NCBI GenBank assembly: GCA_035911175.1
Contig: JAMHWA010000022.1
Span: 27,329 to 91,328, forward strand
Origin: Alphaproteobacteria bacterium
Lineage (GTDB): Bacteria; Pseudomonadota; Alphaproteobacteria; Rickettsiales; UBA3002
DNA: 64,000 nt
Direction of reading: 5' to 3'
Position 1 is the first letter of the stretch; every line of letters begins with the position of its first letter. Position numbers and translations under genes: made by a program. A model generated the notes under the pieces. The model worked only from the letters and a program-made list of their open reading frames with translations, had not been told where the DNA came from and searched no databases. This document shows, piece by piece, positions 57,832-64,000 of this stretch.

Positions 57832-60003
57832 TTACACTAGCGGAAACACCATCACCACTTTTGCCCCGCCTTCCTCGCGATTGCTGAGTGTTAGCGTGCC
57901 TTTGTGCTCCTCCACCGAGCGCTTCACGATGGCCAAGCCAAGCCCCGTACCCTTGGCGCGGGTGGTCACATAAGGCTCGGTGAGGGTGGCGATTTTATCC
58001 GCAGGGAATCCAGCGCCATTATCTTCGATGCACAAAGTTGCGTTTGTGTCGTCGCTCGTGAGGGTAATCGTTATCTGTTTATTCGGCGTTGTTTCCAGCG
58101 CCTCTGCAGCATTCTTCAGCAGGTTCAGCAGCGCCTGACCTAACTGCGATTCATCGCACGAGAGCATGACGTTGCCCGCAGGCAGGTTCTGGGTAAATTT
58201 AATATCAGAGTTAGCCGTCTGCGCCGAGAACACCGCTTTTTTCACGATGCTGACAAGATTCTCCTCGCGGAAGACGCTGCTGGGCATGCGTGCATAGGCC
58301 ACGAATTCCTCGACCATGCGGCCAATATCGCGCGTATGGCGCGCAATGGTGTCGATGTATTTGTCGAAGCTTTCACGCTCTTCGCTGTTTTCGCTGGGGC
58401 TGAATTTCTTGCGCAGGCGTTCGGCGGAAAGGGTGATGGGGGTGAGGGGGTTCTTGATTTCGTGCGCAATGCGGCGTGCCACATCCGCCCATGCGGCGCT
58501 GCGCTGCGCCGATACAAGCGCGGTAATATCATCGAACGTGACAATATAGCCTTCAATCGTGCTGCCCAAGCGCTCGGCCGTTACTTGCACATGCAACATC
58601 ACGCGTTTTTCATGGTGCGTGAGGGCAACCTGACCGCTCGCCATGCGTTCGGGTTTCTTTTCCACTTGCTGCACCAGCTCCAGCACCTCGGGTAAAATCG
58701 ATTCGATCGTGGCGCCGCTGATGGAATCATCACGCCCCAGCAATTCAAGTGCAGTGCGGTTATGCAAGGTGATGCAGCGTTTTTCATCGAGCGCGAGAAT
58801 ACCTGCCGAAACACCCAGCAGTACCGCTTCGGTGAAGCGGCGGCGTTCGTCGGCCAAGCGGTTTGCATCGATTAGGTCGCGGCGTTGCGATTCTAGCTGG
58901 CCTGTCATGCGGTTGAAGGTGCGCCCCAGATTGGCAATTTCGTCATCGGTGCGGCCTTCTGGTACACGGATGGAGTAATCCCCCCCGCGCACATGTTCGG
59001 TGGCTGCCATCAAGGCGCGCAGTGGCTCAATCACCCGTACGGCAAGCATAATCCCTGCCCACAGTGAAGCCAGCAGTACCAGCAGCGACACCATCATAAA
59101 CACCACAAAGAATTGTTTTTGTAAGGTGTTCAAGCCGCCTTGCAGGGTATGATAATCGTTCACGGTTTCGCGTGCGGCTTCCATATGTTGCAGCACTTTG
59201 GGGTCCACCACACGCGCCACCATCAAATAAATATCAGGTGTAGTGCTGATTTTTACCACAGCCTGAATTTTGTCACGGTCGTCACCAAAAATGGCCACAC
59301 CACCTGCATCGGCGCGTGCTAACACCGCTTCGGGGAAGCGTTCGAAGGTCAGCGAGAAGCTGAGCAGCGTGCGCGCCAGCACGCGTTCGCGATTGAACAT
59401 AATCGCTTCGGACAAGTTACGTTCCGAGCTGCGCTCCGAGAGAAAACGCGCGAAGCCATCGGGGTTGCTAGTGAGCAGCGAGCTTTGCTGCTGTACTGCA
59501 TCGCCAAGGCTCAAGGCATCTTTGCGAATTGCGTCTTTGTATTCCTCGATATACGCGGTCGCGACCACTACTGAATCCTCGAGCGCGCCCGATACTTGAT
59601 TATCGAACCACGACTTAAGCCCTACATTGAAAAATAAAATCGAGAAGGTGGCGACAATCAGCGTGGGCACAATCGCGATGATGGTGAACATGAGGATGAT
59701 GCGCGATTGTAGTCGTGTGCCCAACATGCCGTCATGCGCACGGTTCCACAGCAATCGCCCACGGTGGTAGACCGCATAGGCCATCAGAACCAGCATCGCG
59801 CCAAGGTCGAGCAGCACCAAAATCAGCGTGCGCTGCGGTGAAATATCGCCGAATATTTTTTGGTCAACGCGTAATAGTAGGGCGACGAGTACGGCAAATA
59901 ACAGTGCCATGACGACTGCAAGTAATTTGCCGCCACGCATGCGGTAGTGCGCACGCGGTGCCTTCATGAACGAGCTGGCGGGGAATGTTTCGCTACTGCT
60001 CAC
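57832..60003 (-). CDS. ntrY: Sensor histidine kinase NtrY
   Basis: N-terminal TM bundle, HAMP, PAS, H-box IAHEIKNPLTPI, and a HATPase with DNGAGF and GTGLGLAIV. The GTG start overlaps the ntrC stop. Confidence 0.92.
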   Translation of the reverse strand: MSSSETFPASSFMKAPRAHYRMRGGKLLAVVMALLFAVLVALLLRVDQKIFGDISPQRTLILVLLDLGAMLVLMAYAVYHRGRLLWNRAHDGMLGTRLQSRIILMFTIIAIVPTLIVATFSILFFNVGLKSWFDNQVSGALEDSVVVATAYIEEYKDAIRKDALSLGDAVQQQSSLLTSNPDGFARFLSERSSERNLSEAIMFNRERVLARTLLSFSLTFERFPEAVLARADAGGVAIFGDDRDKIQAVVKISTTPDIYLMVARVVDPKVLQHMEAARETVNDYHTLQGGLNTLQKQFFVVFMMVSLLVLLASLWAGIMLAVRVIEPLRALMAATEHVRGGDYSIRVPEGRTDDEIANLGRTFNRMTGQLESQRRDLIDANRLADERRRFTEAVLLGVSAGILALDEKRCITLHNRTALELLGRDDSISGATIESILPEVLELVQQVEKKPERMASGQVALTHHEKRVMLHVQVTAERLGSTIEGYIVTFDDITALVSAQRSAAWADVARRIAHEIKNPLTPITLSAERLRKKFSPSENSEERESFDKYIDTIARHTRDIGRMVEEFVAYARMPSSVFREENLVSIVKKAVFSAQTANSDIKFTQNLPAGNVMLSCDESQLGQALLNLLKNAAEALETTPNKQITITLTSDDTNATLCIEDNGAGFPADKIATLTEPYVTTRAKGTGLGLAIVKRSVEEHKGTLTLSNREEGGAKVVMVFPLV

Positions 60004-61502
60004 GCCGCATCTTTCAGCATGAGGGATTTGGCGTCGATGTTCAGCTCACGCATTTTTTTACGTAGCGTATTGCGGTTAAGGCCGAGCATCTCCGCCGCCT
60101 TGATTTGGTTGCCGCCGGTCGCGCGCAAGCTTTCCGCAATCAGTGGTTTTTCAAACCGCGCCAGCAAGCGGTCATACACGCCATTGGCGGGAAGCGCATC
60201 GCCGTGCGCGGCAAAATAGGCAGCCATTTGTGCGCGCAAAAAGCTCTCAATCCCCTCAGGGATGGAGGCGTCCGTCTGGCTATGCAGAGCGAGCGGCGCG
60301 CGTGGTGCGGGAGTTGTTTTTTGTGGCGTGTTTGAAAGCAGCGGAGCGACATCCTTCGCGGTCACAATGCTACGCTGTGTCATCGCGCAGAGGCGATAGA
60401 CGAGGTTCTCCAACTCGCGCACATTACCTGTCCACGCGTGTGCCATCAGCGCAGCCATTGCTTCGCTGTCGAGCGTTTTGGCAGCAAGACCGCGTGCCGC
60501 AGCAAGGTTCATGAAATGCTGCACCAGCAGCGGCACATCGTCCACATGCTCACGAAGCGAGGGCAGGGCAAGTGGCACCACATGTAAACGGAAATAGAGA
60601 TCCTCGCGGAACTGGCCGCTGGCCACCAGCGCACTCAAATCACGGTGGGTGGCGGCAATCACGCGCACATCGGTTTTAAAGGCTTTTGTTGCGCCAATGG
60701 GCATCACTTCTTGCTCTTGCAGCACGCGCAGCAGACGCGTTTGCGCTTCCATGGGCATATCACCAATTTCATCAAGGAACAGCGTGCCGCCATGCGCTTG
60801 CTCGAACGCGCCGAGCTGTTTGGAATGCGCGCCTGTGAACGAGCCTTTTTCATGGCCGAATAGCGCGCTCTCTATCAGCTCACGCGGAATCGCCGCCATG
60901 TTGAGCGCCACAAACGGCTTCGTTTTGCGTTTCGATAATTCATGCAACGCCCGCGCCACGCGCTCTTTCCCCGTACCGCTTTCGCCGCTGATGAGCACCG
61001 TCAAATCATTACCAATCAGTTTCGCCAGCGTGGCGAACACTGCTTTCATCGCGGGGGATTTGCCCACAAGAATCAACTCATCCGAAATTTTGACAATCCC
61101 CTCGGCGCTATCGTTGCCACTAGAAGCAGCTTGATGCGTCGTCGCCTTTTTCAGCGCTTCCATCAGCTCATTCAAATCAAACGGTTTGGGCAAAAACGTC
61201 ACCGCGCCAAGGTCGCGCGCTTTGGCGGCATTCAGCAGCGTGTTGTGCGCGCTCATCACAATCACGGGCAATTCGGGGCGCTTGGCCTGCCAACGCGCGA
61301 GGCCATCCAGCCCATTGCCGCGTGGCATAGTCACATCCGTCACCACCACATCGCCCAGACCTTGTGCCACCCATGCATCAATATCGGTGATGTTCTCGGA
61401 AGCCTTCACCGCATAGCCTTGTGCTTTCATCGCGCGGGTGAGTACGGTGAGGATGCCTGCATCATCATCCGCCAAAAGGACGGTTTTTTGTATGGGGTTC
61501 AT
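60000..61502 (-). CDS. ntrC: Nitrogen regulation response regulator NtrC (sigma-54 activator)
   Basis: REC, AAA+ (GESGTGKE), sigma-54 loop GSFTGA, C-terminal HTH (NQIKAAEMLGLNRNTLRKKM). Confidence 0.93.
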   Translation of the reverse strand: MNPIQKTVLLADDDAGILTVLTRAMKAQGYAVKASENITDIDAWVAQGLGDVVVTDVTMPRGNGLDGLARWQAKRPELPVIVMSAHNTLLNAAKARDLGAVTFLPKPFDLNELMEALKKATTHQAASSGNDSAEGIVKISDELILVGKSPAMKAVFATLAKLIGNDLTVLISGESGTGKERVARALHELSKRKTKPFVALNMAAIPRELIESALFGHEKGSFTGAHSKQLGAFEQAHGGTLFLDEIGDMPMEAQTRLLRVLQEQEVMPIGATKAFKTDVRVIAATHRDLSALVASGQFREDLYFRLHVVPLALPSLREHVDDVPLLVQHFMNLAAARGLAAKTLDSEAMAALMAHAWTGNVRELENLVYRLCAMTQRSIVTAKDVAPLLSNTPQKTTPAPRAPLALHSQTDASIPEGIESFLRAQMAAYFAAHGDALPANGVYDRLLARFEKPLIAESLRATGGNQIKAAEMLGLNRNTLRKKMRELNIDAKSLMLKDAA

Positions 61503-61637
61503 GGTTGCCTGCCTTTTTTATTGCCTAATTTTTAGGCAAGGCTAGCAGGGTGATAGCCATGTTGCAAGCGCGAACCCCGCGCCAGTGGCGCAGCCTAACA
61601 CGCACATCAAAAACCAGTAAGCATCTGATTAAAATAA

Positions 61638-61661
61638 AAAATGTTTCACGTGAAACATTTT
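61638..61661 (-). other. Perfect 24-bp palindrome overlapping the ntrB stop (weak intrinsic terminator or operator)
   Basis: AAAATGTTTCACGTGAAACATTTT. All 12 pairs were checked by hand. On the minus transcript it is followed by TTATTTTAAT. Confidence 0.45.
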
Positions 61662-62397
61662 AGGCTACTGGTAAATACACGCTGAACCGTGCGCCACCCT
61701 CGGCGGGGGCGTCATAAGCAATCAGCCCGCCATGTTCCTCAACAATTTTGGCTACAATGGCAAGGCCAAGCCCTTTGCCATCCGCCTTGTTGCTGCTGAA
61801 GGGGGTGAACAGCCTCGGCACCACATCCGCCGCTACGCCCGCGCCATTATCCGTCACGCTGACATGGATATTTAGCTTCGCGCCATCCGGCCGCTGCATC
61901 CGCTCGCCCGAGAGGTAGCGCGTGGCGAGGGTGATGCTGGGCGTTGATGTTTCCGCTACGGCCTCCACCGCGTTTTTCACCACATTCATCAGCGCTTGAA
62001 TCAGCGCCTCGCGCACCCCGCGCACATGGGGGAGGGATGGGTCATACTGCGTGCGGATGTTCACACTCGGCGCGAAGGAACTCGCCGCGAGGCGCACATA
62101 TTCCGTCACCTCGTGAATATTCAACGGCTCCATCACCTGCGCAGGGTTCGGCGTCAGCGGGTCCATCGTTGCGATGAGTTTTTCGATGCGCGCCGCCTCG
62201 GTGATGATGAGTTGGGCGAGGGATTTATCGTCCTCGCTCACCACTTGCTCCAGCAACTGCGCCGCCCCTTTGATGGAGAGCAGCGGATTGCGAATTTCAT
62301 GCGCGAGGGAAGCGGCGAGGGAGGCGGAGACCGACGTCCACTCGGGCGCGGGGAACACATGGTGGGCTTTGCTTGGTTTGTCTTTAGGTTCGCTCAT
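61660..62397 (-). CDS. ntrB: NtrB-like histidine kinase lacking the N-terminal PAS sensor domain
   Basis: H-box LAHEIRNPL at about residue 30, HATPase (NVVKNAVEA, DNGAGV, GKGLGLAIV). Located between dusB and ntrC. Only 245 aa. Confidence 0.85.
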   Translation of the reverse strand: MSEPKDKPSKAHHVFPAPEWTSVSASLAASLAHEIRNPLLSIKGAAQLLEQVVSEDDKSLAQLIITEAARIEKLIATMDPLTPNPAQVMEPLNIHEVTEYVRLAASSFAPSVNIRTQYDPSLPHVRGVREALIQALMNVVKNAVEAVAETSTPSITLATRYLSGERMQRPDGAKLNIHVSVTDNGAGVAADVVPRLFTPFSSNKADGKGLGLAIVAKIVEEHGGLIAYDAPAEGGARFSVYLPVA

Positions 62398-62494
62398 GGA
62401 ATCTCGTTATTCATGCGTAGCGCTTTACGGCGCGAGCCGCGAAGCGGAAGGGGTTTGGGGGTGATACCCCCATCAGGCGCGAAGCGCAATATAA

Positions 62495-63535
62495 CTACTC
62501 ACTGGCCACAATCTTTTCATCCGCGCGTTTGGTGATGCCGCGCTGAAGGAGGCCATCATAGAATTCGCGTATGGCTTGGCGCACCGGCTCAGGCTCACTT
62601 TGCTTGTTCACATGGTGGCGGAATGCCGCGCCGCCCTCGAGGCCGCTTGAGTACCAGCCGATATGTTTGCGCGCCACGCGCACGCCATTATCCATACCAT
62701 AAAGCGTCAGCATTTCGTCGTAATGGTTCAGCACAATATCGCGCTGTGCATCAAGCGGCGGCTCCTCGGTGCGGATGCCCTTGAGGTGCGCGCAGGCCTG
62801 CGCCACAAACCATGGGCGGCCATAGGAACCGCGGCCAATCATAATCCCATCCGCACCCGATTGCGCGAGCGCCGCATCCACATCTGCAAGGCTCGTAATA
62901 TCGCCGTTGGCAATCACGGGCAGCTTCACCGCGTCCTTCACGGTGCGGATGAAACTCCAATCCGCGCTCCCCTTATACATCTGGCAGCGCGTGCGGCCAT
63001 GGATGGTGATCATCTTGATGCCCACATCCTCGGCAATTTTGGCGAGCTTGGCGGCATTCAGCGAGTTGTGATCCCACCCCATGCGCATCTTCAGCGTGAC
63101 GGGGATTTTCACGGCCTTGGCGGTCGCTTCCAAAATCCGCGCGGCGAGGCCTTCCTCGCGCATCAGCGCGCTGCCCGCCATGCCGTTCACCACCTTCTTC
63201 ACGGGGCAGCCAAAATTGATGTCGATGATATCCGCGCCGCGATCTTCGTTCAGCTTCGCGGCCTCGGCCATAATCTCGGGGTCGCAGCCCGCCAGTTGGA
63301 TGGAAAAGGGGCGCTCCGCAATATCGCAGCGCGCCATGCGCAGCGCGTTGCGCGTTTCCAGCACCACGGCTTTGCTCGCAATCATCTCGCTCACCACCAG
63401 CCCCGCGCCGAAGGATTTCACCAACGTGCGAAACGGCAAATCGCTCACCCCCGTCATAGGTGCCAAAATCGCATTATCGGTGAGGGTAATATCACCAATG
63501 CGGATAGGGTTCAGGTTGTGTGCGGCTTGTGTCAT
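62495..63535 (-). CDS. dusB: tRNA-dihydrouridine synthase B (NifR3 family)
   Basis: [31 protein letters not shown]. Conserved position upstream of ntrBC in Alphaproteobacteria. Confidence 0.95.
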   Translation of the reverse strand: MTQAAHNLNPIRIGDITLTDNAILAPMTGVSDLPFRTLVKSFGAGLVVSEMIASKAVVLETRNALRMARCDIAERPFSIQLAGCDPEIMAEAAKLNEDRGADIIDINFGCPVKKVVNGMAGSALMREEGLAARILEATAKAVKIPVTLKMRMGWDHNSLNAAKLAKIAEDVGIKMITIHGRTRCQMYKGSADWSFIRTVKDAVKLPVIANGDITSLADVDAALAQSGADGIMIGRGSYGRPWFVAQACAHLKGIRTEEPPLDAQRDIVLNHYDEMLTLYGMDNGVRVARKHIGWYSSGLEGGAAFRHHVNKQSEPEPVRQAIREFYDGLLQRGITKRADEKIVASE

Positions 63536-63738
63536 AGCGCGCCGCTATACACGAGGGTGAGGCTGGGGGCAAGGGGAGGGTTAATGACCTAAATTATAGG
63601 CCATAACTTACAGGATTTAACAAGATGGCATATATTATGCATTAAGGCCGTTATGTTGCTGTGCCAGCTCATGCTGCTACGCAATATGTAGTGTTTAGGG
63701 AATCTTAACTGTTTTAAGCTATACTTTGGGAAGCGGTA

Positions 63739-64000
63739 ATGGCAAAGAAGGTAAAAATGAGCAATTGGGATTTTTATAATTCGCAACAGCCTTTTGGACC
63801 ACGGAGTTCCGTTATGCCTCGTTACTACACGTCGACGTTGTTTGCCGAATTTGAGAAGAAGGCTAAGGCACTTGAGGAAGAACTAAAGTGCAAGTTAGAT
63901 AATAAATTTTCTAGCTATGAGATTCAAAATTTTCCAATCAAGAATGATGATGACGTTGAGCAAAAAAGCAGAGTCACATACAAGCTTGTGGCTTCCTGTC
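63739..64000 (+). CDS. 5' part of an unknown ORF running off the window (AT-rich)
   Basis: I translated it by hand from ATG 63739: MAKKVKMSNWDFYNSQQPFGPRSS...VTYKLVASC. It has no stop through 64000, is not in the supplied track because it is open-ended, and is visibly AT-richer than dusB. Confidence 0.4.
   Translation, partial: MAKKVKMSNWDFYNSQQPFGPRSSVMPRYYTSTLFAEFEKKAKALEEELKCKLDNKFSSYEIQNFPIKNDDDVEQKSRVTYKLVASC

Noticed and set aside
62398-62494. GGGGGTGATACCCCC hairpin in the dusB-ntrB spacer as a terminator separating dusB from ntrB.
   Set aside because: The stem is only 6 bp with a 3-nt loop and has no following T-tract on the minus transcript. That is insufficient to call a terminator, and dusB-ntrBC are usually co-transcribed.

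Overview
This 64-kb window looks like mostly core chromosome from a moderately GC-rich alphaproteobacterium. The assignment rests on three things: dusB-ntrB-ntrC-ntrY-ntrX synteny, the yebC-ruvCAB-ybgC-tolQRAB-pal-cpoB-tilS-ftsH block, and the presence of PopZ and a Cys-less L31. About 58 protein genes and one tRNA-Cys are supportable.

Layout:
- 1-14.9 kb: a single minus-strand string, rpmE, thiD, glmM, ftsH, tilS, cpoB, pal, tolBARQ, ybgC, ruvBAC, yebC.
- 15-26 kb: a response-regulator/pseudokinase fusion, gltD-gltB, an abutting ydbH-ynbE-ydbL (AsmA-like lipid bridge) module, and an aminotransferase.
- 26-31.5 kb: a PAP2 phosphatase, a lone secF, a DAACS symporter, and an ornithine decarboxylase + deoxyhypusine-synthase-like polyamine pair.
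- 31.9-43.7 kb: a Pel exopolysaccharide locus.
- 43.7-64 kb: housekeeping genes (fdx/fnr, metY, pirin, dps, tolC, popZ, ilvD, beta-carbonic anhydrase, ntrXYCB, dusB), interspersed with AT-richer orphan genes, a secreted ankyrin protein and a tRNA-Cys with a duplicated 3' end.

I see no CRISPR array, transposase, integrase or recognisable defence system.

Most noteworthy:
1. The Pel locus has a non-canonical make-up: pelX-like epimerase, a 285-aa hydrolase-only PelA, an oversized PelB, no pelC and no deacetylase domain.
2. A REC domain is fused to a histidine-kinase-like domain that has lost its H-box and ATP-binding glycines. It sits behind a 300-bp AT-rich region carrying a perfect 22-bp palindrome.
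3. A tRNA-Cys 3'-end direct repeat brackets only about 120 bp, which looks like an att scar.
4. NtrB lacks a PAS domain and is separated from ntrC by an AT-rich spacer with a perfect 24-bp palindrome.

All functional calls come from motif and family recognition by eye. No database search was run.
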